From contig MU053216.1 of NCBI GenBank assembly GCA_013239625.1, forward strand, positions 1,328,943-1,392,942: a DNA stretch of 64,000 nucleotides, written 5' to 3'. The position numbers were made by a program, and so were the translations under genes. This document shows, in pieces, positions 47,401 to 59,400 of the stretch; positions within the stretch are counted from its first letter, which is position 1, and every line of letters starts with the position of its first letter. A model generated the notes under the pieces. The model saw nothing but the letters and a program-made list of their open reading frames with translations. It searched no databases and had not been told where the DNA came from. Source of the DNA: Lama guanicoe (Eukaryota).

Positions 47401-50400
47401 TTTCATTTCTTTGTGCTTTTTGTCGGTAATGTTTTTGCTGTCACTGCTTAAAATGGCTCCCAATCTGGTGCTGCAGGGCTGTCTGCGTGTGATTTATGGA
47501 GAGAATCTGCGTTAGAGGAGCTTCGTTCAGGCGTGAGTTCTCGCGCTGCTGGCCGTGAGGTCAGTGTTAATGGATCACCCGTGCATGTTAGATAAGGTGT
47601 CTTTAAACAGAAACTCCATAAAACAAGGTTACATATCGATCAGGGCACAAACACATGCCCAGAAGCTCCATCCCCGAGACCGATGGTCTGTGGTGACTTC
47701 ACGGGACATATTTGCCCAAATAATGAGAATCAACTGTATATGAGCTGAAAAAGCAAACTTTCCATCGTCAGTGGCCAATAATAAACAATTACAAACAACC
47801 GGGAAAGTGTCTACCGAGACACAGCCCTCATGCCACGAGAGAATCCGGCAGGAGAGCTGAATCCGGTTGTGCAAAAAAAGACAAAACTGGCATCTTTGGA
47901 CGGAAACAACTTGCTTCACAAGTGACTTGCGTTTGGCTTTGCTGGTTGGGGGCACAGCCTCTACTGAGGGGTGCTTAAGAAAGGAGCCTGAGGAGAAGCC
48001 TCTGCACTAGCTAGCTGTCAGCCAGCGTCCCACAGAATCTTGGAAGCCACCACCCTCCAAATGTACACGCTTAGCCGTGGGTCCCTCCCCCTGCCTCGCT
48101 GGGGTGGCCCATCTCTTACCTCAGAGACTGGGACTGGCCCCGCCTGCCCTGCATCTCGGGGGTGGCGGGGGCGCTGGTGCGGCCCTGCCGCTGCCCGGGG
48201 ACACTGCGGATGGGAACCACGTAGTAGGAGGCAGGCTCCAGCAGCCACAGGCTGGAGGCGCTGGGTCCATCCTGCGGGGTGGTGGCCGGGCTGCTGGAAG
48301 TTGGAGGGGTTGGGGACAGGTCAGCGGCAGGAACAGGGTCTCCAGGTGTGCAGAGAAATGGACTCCCACCTCCCACCATCACAGCGAGGGTGCCCCCTGT
48401 CCCCAGCAAGGTTCTTCCTGCTCCTGGCCCTCCCTTCCTCCCGCCTGACCTGGACTCGCTTCCGGCCTCAGAAGACCTCCTGGGTTTCTCATAGGGGTGG
48501 TCCAGGCTCGTCTCCTTCCAGGGGCTGTTCTGGATGGGCGCCCGCTCCAGGCCCCCTGTCTCAGGTCCTACCAGCTGCAGCCCCTCGAGGCTCTGGGGTG
48601 GGAGAGGCCGGGGAGGTGGATCTGAGGACTCTGGGGGAGGTTTTGGCCCTTGAGGTGTCTCTGCAGGTGAAAGAAACCCAGTGAGGGCAGTGGCTGGGGA
48701 ACCGGCCCAGCAAGAGTGTCCGCAGCCTGCGCCTGGCTCCCTTCCCGGGGCTGCCTGACTGGCTGTTCCAAGCCGTGGCTCCAGGCCCAGATGCTCCAGA
48801 GTGCTTTCTTCTCCTACCTCCCTCACAGCTCCATTTTATACCTGCCTCCTCCAAGAAGCCTCCCCAGATTGACTCTCCTTGGCCCACATGACTCCACCTT
48901 CTAACCTTTGCTCCTGGACCCATGTCTGCAGCTAACTTCCTGTTTCCCTGTTTTTCTCATCAGGCTGTGCCCAGGTGTGCTGTTTCCTTACTGGCCTGGG
49001 CATTCCCCCAGGCAGAACTGCACCACCCTCTTGGTCCACCTTGACCCCCGGCATCCTTAGGGTTTGTGACCAGGGTTGTTAATCTACAGACTTGTGTTTC
49101 CTCCCTTAGTGCTACCTTGTTTTCAAAAGGGGCAATGACCGTGGCCAGATGGCTGAGGCTCTGACAGGTGCATGCTAAAGTCAAGTCCCAGCAAAAGCGG
49201 GGAGGCCCCAGCCTGCAGGCTCTGCTGGAATTCACCTTCCCCTCCACGTCAAAATGACTGAGCATCTCAAACGGCAAAGGGTCAGCACATCCCCCTCTCA
49301 ACTGAGCGTGCGCGGGGCAGGCCAGCATCCGGCGGAGCGGAGACGCTGAGCCCAGCCCGGCACCACCAGCTCACTAGCGCTCCACTCACTCTCCACTGGA
49401 AGAACTTACTAGCAAACTCTGCCAAAGCCCTGAGTTCTCCTGCAGGAGTCCAGCCTCGACAGCCGTCCCTAAACCACCCTCTCACCTTCCTCCAGGAGCA
49501 GCCCGTCCGACAGGGAGCTGTCATCCGAGGCGCTGAGCTCTGGGGAGGCCAAAGGGGAGAGAAGGAGGTGAGGAAGTCCACCTGCAGACCGGGGGGCCAG
49601 CAGCCAGGCCTGCCCCGCCCCCGCCCCCTCCCCGACAGCATCCCTCATCAGGAAACGCTAACTGTGCGTTCCGTGCTGTGATGGAGTGAAGTTATTACTT
49701 GGAAGGAGAAAAAAATCGGAGGTTAAGAGTGAGGATACAGGAAACCTGATTTTAATCCTGGCTCTGCCATTAGCTTGGCAGCCTCGAACAAGGCGTTTCA
49801 GGGCTCTGGGTCTGTTTCCCCACCTGTTCGTGCAGATGCCAACAGGCACACGAAAAGATCAACACCGCTAATCATCAGGGAAATGCAAATCCGAAACTAC
49901 AGTGAGATACCACCTCACGCCTGCCGGAACGGCCATCGTCAGGAAGAACTCAAATAAATGCTGGGGAGGGTGTGGAGTAAAGGGAGCCCCCGTACGCTAT
50001 AGGTGGGAATGCAAACTGGTGCAGCCTCTATGGGAAACAGGACAGTTTCCTCAAAAAACTAAGCATGGAACTACCACATGATCCAGCAATTCCGTTCCTG
50101 GGTGTATATCGAAATAAGCTAGAAACACTAATTTGAAAAGCTGCGTGCACCCCAATGTTCATAGCAGCATTATTCACAATAGTCAAGATATGGAAGCGAC
50201 CTAGGTGTCCGTCGACAGGTGACCGGATGAGGAAGTTGTGAGATACACGTGGCTATGACGGAGTACCACTCAGCCACAAAAAGAATGAAATGCTGCCGCT
50301 CGGAGCAACGTTAATGGACTGGGAGAGTATTATGCTAAGTGAAATAAGTCAGATAAAGACAAGTACTGTATGACCTCACTTAGACGTGAAAGCTAAAAAA

Positions 50401-53400
50401 CACAACAAACGAGTGAATAAAAGAGACAGACTCACAGATACCGAGAACAAAGCAGTGGTTACCAGTGGGGGGAAGTACTGGGACGGGGGAAGGGGTTATT
50501 ATGAGATTATAAGAAATCATGTGTTTGAAACTTGTAAAGCACTATAGAATTTAGAGTCTTTCACTCAAAAAAAAATTAAATTTAAAACAAACAAAAAAAG
50601 CCAGGGCTCCCTCTGGCAGGGCTTCCAGGCTGTGGAGGGAAAGGCAGAGCTATTTCGGAACCCCTTGGAATTTTTCTAACTTTTGTATCATCTCCTGACA
50701 CCATAAATACGGCTTGGTTCAAGGACCCCAGATCTGAGCACTCCCGTGTTACCAGCAACAAGAGCAGGGCAAGTGGGGGTTTGTGCAGTGGGGCTGTGGG
50801 CCAGTTCAAGTGAGGGTCTGGTGGGATCAGGAAGGTTCTTCACTGGTGACAGGACGTGGCACCAAATGACGTGGCATGTGGCACTTCTGCATAAACAGCA
50901 GCCACGAGATCCAGAAGTCAGAGCACTGCCGCCACTGTCCTCGAGCAAACTGCAACCTTCAGATACCAGGTTGACGCCTAACCTGGCCCGGATGGAACTC
51001 ACCAGGCGTCTTGGCGACGTTTGAGAACAAAGATGAGGACACGTTAACACGAGCCAGTGTTTCTCCTGGGCCAACACTCTTCCAAGGGCTTTACCTATGT
51101 GAATTCACGGGACCCTTGTAACAGCCCTGTAAGGTGAGTTCCACTGTCACCTGAGTGTCCCTCGGAGGGTGCGGAGGCTTCCGTCAGCCCGCCAGAAGGT
51201 GGCTGCCTCAGAGTCACACTCAGGCGGTCTGCCTGGAGGTGGCTCCACACCTCCACCCTTTAGGGGCTTCCCTGTTAGCTGGCCATGAACGCACAGGCAC
51301 TACTCAGAAAATTCTAGGAGGAGTAAACAGTTCCAGCCATCTGAAAATCCTAACGGGGATGGGCTGACTGCAGGCCTGGGGGACAAATCCAGTTACCCGG
51401 CTGCTTTTATAAATAAAGTTTTACTGACACACAGCTGCAGGTTTGTTATGTAATGTCTGGCTGCTTTCATGACACAATGTTGAGTAGCTGTGACTGAGAC
51501 CACAGGGCCCACAAAGCCTGAAAGACTTACTATCTGGACCTTGACAGAAGTTTGTCAACCTCTGCTCCTCAATTTAAACGAAATAGAAACTTTACAGACA
51601 GGCAGCTGGTACGCCATGCAAGGCCAGCTGCCCAGGGAGGGCCGGGCGGCCCGAGCTCTGCTCAGCTCCCGGCAGCCTGGGCTCAGGGTTCAGCAGGGGA
51701 GACCTCCTCTTACTGAATTCTGGTTCCCAGCTTCTGATCTTTACAAAAACCTGGGGAACAGAGATCGCAAATGTCAGGTTGACGACATTGTGGGACAGCT
51801 ACTGCTGTGCGCCAGAGGTGCCGTGGGCTCAGAGGCTTGTGTTTTGGCTTGAATGTATGGTCCGGGAAGAAAGCCATCACCCTGGCATTCCGAGTCTTCA
51901 CAGTCAGAACTCCACGGGCCGAAATGCAAGAGGGGAGTCTGAGACCCGCTGCCTTCGCAGAGGTGGGGGGCTGGCACACCTATCTGCCGGCCGTTTATTC
52001 ACAAGGGGTTCCTGAGCGCTCGCAGTCTCGGCCACACTGCCCCAACCAGCCCTGCCGACGTCACCCGGCTCGTGGGCCAGCAGACACCCTGGGCGGAGGG
52101 GCAACCACAAAGGTCACACTCCCAAACGCTGAGCACTCTCAAAGACCACAGCAGTCCATCCAACACAGCAGTCACTAGCTGCATGTGGCTATTGTAATAA
52201 AGTGAAGTTGAATTAAAAATGTAGTTCCCCAGCCACTCGAGGCCCATTCCAAGTGCTCAGCAGGCCCACGCGGCCAGTGGCTGCCACCCTGGACTGGACA
52301 GTGCTGATCTAGAACTTTCCATCATCAAAGAATTTCTGCCAGACAGCTTTGCTGATGGCAGGTGCCATCGATCAACAAACTCATTCAGAGCATCTGCAGC
52401 TCCAGATCCCTGCTAGGGGCATTTCTCCTCAGGCTCCCTGTGGTCATCAGTTCCACACCTGACCTCTCCTGCCACCAGCAGAGGACCAGCATAGCTATGT
52501 GTCCAAACTGAATCAGCTTTGGGTGGAGACCAAGGCGGCGGGTGGATTTTTCTTATTTTGTTGGTTAATTTTGTTTCCTTTTTTAAGCTTGGAATTCAAA
52601 ACACCTAAGCTGTTAACGAATGATTAACCTCTCTGCTTCCTCCATACAGGGACAGTGCAGCTGGGCAGACGAGCTACAGGACAGGAATTACTTGTCCAAA
52701 ACCGCCTCCTCCTGGGCTCCCCGGACGGACAGGACGCTGGGACCCGGGAGCCTGGGCCTCGTCAGGACAGGACGCTGGGACCCAGGACTTTGGCCTCATG
52801 GAGACAGACAGGGCGGCCTCTCTGATCGGGAGGGTGAAATTAGCCACCAGGCCAGGCTCCGTCCCCCAGCTCTGTCTTCCCTCTAAGTGCCCACCTCCTT
52901 AGACGGCTGGCCAAAGCCCCAGGCGTGTCCTGGCCTGCTCCCCACGGCCAGCAAGAAGCATCACCACCCCAGTGGCCACGGCAGAGGGACACCCCACCCC
53001 CTCCGCCCCCCCACACCGGAGGCCTGTGGTCAGAGGAGCCCACCAAGCAGCGCGAGGCTGACGAGACACTGGAGGGGCTGAGACGCAAGGTCGGGGTACA
53101 GCCCACCCCCACCGGCTCCGCAGCAGCTCAGCAAGTGGGCCCTTAGGGGCTTTCACGCCCAGGTCAGCAGTTGCCTCTGCAGGGGAGGTCAAGTCCTGGG
53201 CCCTGTCGGGGATGGAGGGAGGACAGAGGACTCTCTCCATCAGAGCTGTCCCCCGAGAAGCTGGCCGGCTGCGCCTGCCTCGGTCTCCTGGGTTTACTGG
53301 GTCAGCTGTCACGTGGCGGCACCTCCTCCCTCGCCCTCCACTCCTGGCTGCTAGAGGGACCTGGGAGGTGTCTAGACACACCCTTTCTACCCGAAATTAG

Positions 53401-56400
53401 AGACGCCGTGTGGGTGCGGGCACTGTGCAGAGAGGCGTGGCCACAAGGCCCAGGGACCAAGGGCTCCCGGGCTGCACACAAGCATCCCCCATAGGCAGGA
53501 GGCTGCCTCAGCAGGAAGCGACCTGAAGGGCAGGGGTGGGAGCCTGGGGAGCCCAGACGGAGGCCCCGGAATCCAGCTCTGCTCAGGGCCGCTGCCCAAC
53601 TCCCTCCTCCAGCTCCCTCAGATGCGGCAGGAGGTCTGGGAGGCAGGAGAGGCCGGGGGGGGGGGGAGGAGGGGTAAGCCCAGGGCCCGATGCCCTGGGG
53701 GTGGACAGGAGGCCTTCAGATACCGACCTGAGCAGCTGGGCGTGGGTCAGAAGGATAAGTCACACCCAAGGGCCCAGACCCACTTGCTAGAAGAGTAACA
53801 GTGCTGGGCACGCAATGTCCACTGACAGTCAGTCCCGGGTGCCCCGCAGCCAGCGGTCACTGGGCCACTGGGCTCAGGGACTAGACTAGAGGCACAATCA
53901 CTAGAGAACAAAGTTTCCTGTTCCTGACCAGGGTGGTTCCAGACACTTACAGGGTGGTGGGGTGTGGCCCTGGTGGGGCTGGATTTCAACCAGACCATCC
54001 ACAGGCAGCCACGGCCCTGAAGCAGCTCAGTGAGCAGACATGCACAGAATGCAGGCCTAGCTCCGGTCAGGGGACAGCAGAGCCTCGGGCTCCCAGGAGC
54101 CTCAGATCACTTGCCCTGTGGGCCTGGGGTCAGAAGGGCTAAACAAACCCTTGAGATAAGCTGGAGGCCAGCCTGGGATGCCTTCCGCCCAGGAGGTCTC
54201 CTGGAGGAGGATGGGAAGGGAGAGGCGGGTTGTTTCCTAAGGAGATGGGGAGGGTCTCAGCCCCGGGCTGTGGGGTGGAGTCCCCGAGGGTCAGGGCTGG
54301 GTAGAGCTGGACCCAGGGAGCAGATTTCCCCCAACGTGGTGTCAGCCTGTGCGCCCCAGGAAGCTCACGGGAGGCTGGGGCGGGAGTGGGCGGCTCTCAC
54401 CTGGGCCCGGGGCCGGGGCGGCGGGAGGGGCCCCGCTGCTGCGCCGTCGCTCCCCCAGGCAGCGCTGCAGCTCCCGCAGCTTCTTCTCCTCCTGCTGCAC
54501 CGCGTGCTTCCGCTGCCGGCGCGCCTGGCGGCCCAAGTTCTCCTCCCGGCACAACCGCCGGGCCGCCTCGGCGATCTGCAGCTGCAGGGCCAGCTCCCGC
54601 TCCAGGCCGCTCAGGGGGTCCTGGGGGACGGCGGAGTGAGCGGGCGGCAGGGCCCCGGGTCAGAGGCCCCAAGAGCACACCTGCCAGCACACCTGCGGCC
54701 AGACCCCCACCAGCCGGGCAGGGAGGGACCCAAGGGTGCCGCACCCCTCACTCCACCAGGAGGGCTCTGAGCAACCGAGCCAGCCCCAGGCCCCTCTTCC
54801 GTGCTGAGAAAGGGGTGGGCAGCCCGGGGGCCAGAGCGACCACCTGCATTGGCTGCCGCCTCTCTGGCTGCCTGTGCTCCCGGCTGACCCTCTGCCCACA
54901 GGGACCGAGCCCGCTGTCCTCCCTCGAGTCCTAGCCTCCTGGGTTCCTGGCAGCCACGACTTCCCCACAGCCACGGGCTACATGTCAGCCGGCGCCCTGC
55001 GTCCCCGCGGAGCCAAGAGCCCGAATGGGGGAGCAGGAGCAGAGACCTGCGCTCCGGAGGCCGCACCGCTTCCCGCCAGCGGCCAGCCGCGGGCCCCGGG
55101 ACGGTGCCCTGCAGCTCCTCACCTCTCTGTGCAGGGCCCGCTCGTCCAGTCTGTAAACGGCTCCAATCCTCCGGCGGACCTTGGGGGCCTTCTCCCCTGG
55201 CTTGAGGGGATACTCTGCTGGCAAGGTGCCCGTCAGCTCCTGCGGGGAAGCGAGGTCACACCAGGCTGTCTGGGCCTCAGCCTGGCAGGAGTAGCCTGTC
55301 CAGCGGGCCCCGCCTGGCCGATGCCCGCCCCTCCCAGGCACCGCTGCGCACATCCGCCCCGTCCCCGCGTCCAGGGCTGTCTCACGGCTCCCCTCCTCCT
55401 GGGATCTGCACTAACCAGGACACAGTTCCCATAGGCGCCTCCGTCCCCTCGGTCCCCCTGCAGTCCCCTCCTCCACCCTTCCCTGTGCCTGGGCCCCGCA
55501 GGGGCGAACTAACCCCTCCCTAAGCTGTCCAAACACCGGGGACCATCCACTGGTCTGATCCCCAGAACTCTCTCAGGATGGAGGTTCCCTCCCTTCAGCC
55601 CCCCACGTCCCCGAAGGCAGCTTCAGGCCCCTCAGATTAACCCCAAGCTGGTGCGTGTGGAGGGGACACCCGCTCTCACCGCCTCCCGCAGGCAGAGTCT
55701 CCTCAGCTCTTCCAGGCAGGCCTCCAACCGCTCCTCCAGGGCCCGCTGCTGCTTGCGGACTGCGTGGGTCAGCTCCTTCGCGGGGGACACCGGGCTGTCA
55801 GGGCCTAGGGGGGTAGGGGCACACGCTCAGGGGAGCCTGTCTTGGACCCCTCTGGACCACCCTGGGCTGATTGCACACAGCCCCTCGCCTGCCCGGACCA
55901 CAGGCCAGCTGGGGCCACAGCCTGTGTCACAACCACAAAGTGCTGTGTCTCCTGGCTGTGCGACAGGGCCCCGTTACAGCTCAGAGGGGAGGGCTGTCTT
56001 ACCAGCCGCCTGCAGGGGAGGGAGGGCCGTGGTCAGAACTGGCCCCTTCCTTCTCACCCTCCACCCAAGGCAGGTAACTTCCTCTCCCTCTCTCCCTCTC
56101 TCCCTCTCTCCCCCCCCTCCACACGCATGTCCTTCTCTCCCGTCCTCTCTCAAAACCAGACCGGGCTGGCCCACCAGCTCAGGCCAGAGACACAGCACCG
56201 TCACACTAAGCAGATAAGACTTGTCAGCCTGTTAGTAATCACTGGGGCCAGAGATGAGTGTGGCAGACAGATCGCTGCTCCAGACAGGACAAAGCTGCAG
56301 GCCAGGCCCCCCACCCCCCAGGAAGGGAAACCCTCCAGCCTGCCAGTGTCTGCCCCCAGCAGCATCCCTCCACCCACCCCGCCTCCTCCTTGGGCATCCA

Positions 56401-59400
56401 AGCCTGGCCAGCCCTGCAGCCTGGGACTCAGGGAGTCAGGGCTGGCCCTCCACTCACCAGACTGCAGGATGATGCCACTGTCCGTGTCGCTGACCTCATC
56501 CTTGCTCTCCATGGCGGACTTCTGGGGGGAGGGGGCACAGAGGAGGGAGGGCTGACACCTTTCCCAGCCTGGGCCAGGACGTGTAGGTGGCCTGCAGTTT
56601 CCCCAGCTTTTAAAAGAGTAGGAAAAACACCAATCTATGTAAATTTCCTTGCTTCCAAACAGAGCTTATTAATCAGATGCTCGAGGGCAGGGGGTGTGGA
56701 GCAAGGACCGTGTTTCCGGGAAGTGAGGCTGGGGTGGGGGTCCTCAGTGCCGGGGCTGCTGCAGAGAGCAGGCTGGGCGGGCCTCGCAGCAAACCTGCCC
56801 TCGGTGGGCTCTCTGGTCCCCAAGCCCCCGGACGCCTCCTTCCTAGAGACATGGGGGGTGCCGGCAGAGGCGGCCACAAGAGCCAGGAGACTGCGAGAAA
56901 AACCAGTAGGAAAAGAGCAGAGAGGGTGGAAAGAAGGGGACAAGAAGAAAGAAGAGGAGGAGGGAGGGAAACGTCTGTGCCCGGTGTGGTGGGGCGCTGA
57001 CCTCAGCCCGAGACCCGTCCCACTGCCACCCAGCAAAGGCACGGGTACTTGGCCCAAGCTGTCCTGTTCTCTGTCTGCACCAGGGTGTCCATCTAGGCAG
57101 GTGCCGCCACCCTAGCTGGGGAGCTGCCCAAAGTGTGAACCAACTCCAGGGCAGGCCGCCAACTGTGCCTGGAAGACCCCTCGAAGGGGAGATGGCCTGG
57201 ACCCGACACCCCACAGCCACGTGCATGTGAGTGTGTCAGGGCACATGCGTGTGCACATGTGTGTCAGGGCTGCCAGGGGTGGAGGGATAGACCAGAGCAG
57301 AAGCTGCCCAAGGACAGGAAGGAGGCCCTGCTGCCTTGCCACCCTGGGGCTGGGGACACACGAGTAGCTCAGGTACCATCCCAGGTGTGCATCCGCCCGG
57401 CCAGCACCAGACACCAAAACAGCACCTGCTGGCCATCCCCTCTCTCCTCGCCAAACCCCTGCCCTGGTCCAGGTCCAAGCTGGCCAGGGTCCGGCGGCCG
57501 CTGGCTGGAGTGGGGTGGGGAGGGGCGGGCGGGGCCCAGGCAGGCGGCCTGGAAGGAGAGCCCAGCCACCTCCTCACTGAGTCAGCCATTGAGCAACAGT
57601 CCAAAAGTCCTTCCGAGTTTCTGTCTGGAGCTTATCCTGCCTCTCCTCAGGGCACCGGCGGCGGGAGAAGGAGGCCTCAGGGAAAACTGAGCCCAGAGCG
57701 AGGCAGGTGGGGGGGCGCTGCAGACCGCTGGTGCCAGCAGCAGCTCCCTGCCTCTGGACAGCTTTACAGACCCACATAAACACGGCCTGTCAGACAGAGT
57801 ACTTTGGGCATCAGTTAGAACCATGGCCCTGAAAACAGTAGGCAAACTTTGGAATTCAGTTCTCTAAGTCTAGCGAATGAATGGTAAGATTTAAAAAAAA
57901 AGTTTATGCAGGGCCTTTGCAAAGATGCCAGAGAGGCCGGCCATACCTTCTGGGGACTGAGAACAGGGTGAGAGCTAGCTCTGTGTGGTCTGTCTCTCCC
58001 GGAAGTCAGAGCAGGACGACAGGGGGACAGGCAGCCCCCGGCCTCCCCCTGCATGGTCCCAGGCAGCCTCTGACTGTCCCCAGAAGCCAGGGGCAGGGCC
58101 CAGCCAGAGCGAGGAAGTGAGGCCGTCTTGGTGAGCACTCGGCTGTGGACAGGGGAGGGGGTGATGCGGGAGGGGAAGCTGTCAATTAGTCACACTTACT
58201 AATTAATTATTAACCACTCAGGAGTTGCCTTGGGAAGTTGTGACAACTCAGCCCCGGCTTCTCAAGGCCCCCGGCCTGCTGCAGACAGCGAGTGGCGGAT
58301 GACGGGGGCTGAGGACGGGCTGGCAGCCCCCCTACACCCCCTCCCCTCCTGCCAGGGTCAGCGGGGTTGGGGGGAGGCACTGGCGCTTCCAGCCATCCCA
58401 GCCCCGTGCTGGGTGAACCCACTCCAAGCAGGGTGAAGAGCACAGGACCCCAGGTCGGAAGGCCACAGCGGAGCCTGCCACTGCCTGTGAAATCCAGGGA
58501 GCTCGCCTCCCCTCACCTCCCTGGCCTCCCGGAACAGCCTCTAGGGCCTTGCCTGCCCTGTCTGAGTCTGGACCTCTTGGATGACATCGAGCTGAGCAGG
58601 ACACCGTGACACCTGTAGCAGGCTCCTCATGTGCCACCCCCACCCCTCCACCCCACCCCGGTGCCCTCCAGCTGCAGCGACCCCGCCCCAGGGCCCACAG
58701 GCTCCCTTAGGTGTTGAAGGCACTGCTTTCCATAAAGGCTAGGCCCCAGCAGCAGTCCAGCCACTGAGCAGTGTCCCCAGGAAAAGGCCAAGGAGGGCAG
58801 TGGGGGCGTAAAGTGGGGAGGGGGACACCGGTGCACGTTCCCTCCAGCTGAGCCACTGGAGACCCTCTCCTGTCACAAACGTGGCCCAGGAAGCCGGGTC
58901 CTGGGCCTCTCCCCTCCCCTCCTTCCTTGTTCCCGTGGAAACTGAGGCCTGGGAACCACGATGACAGGACCCTACCCGCACCCACCAGCACCCCTGTCAC
59001 CAGTGCCCCAGACACAAGTGGGGGGTGGTGACGGCCACTGCTGCCCCCCTAATCCCAGGCTAGCTTGCTCCTCGCCCCAAAGCCCCTCTCCGGCCACCCC
59101 GCCCTCACCTGCTTCCAGGTTCCAGTCCAGGAGTCTGGGAAACACCCCCTGTCTCAGGTCAGGGGGCTGAGGGGCCTGGCATGTCACCTCAGGGTGTCCC
59201 AGGCCGCCGGTGCTCTCTGACCCGGCTCGCTCCGCACACTGATGGCCGATGGCCGTTCCTCCCTCCGGTCCCGCCTGCGTCCCTCCCAGGCTGCCGGGCC
59301 AGGGGAGCCAGGTTACTTGTTAGGACTTGAGTCAGAGGGAGGAGCGGGTGAGCAAGCCCTTCCCTGAACAAATCGTGCCGCTCAGGCAGCTCGGGCCTCC

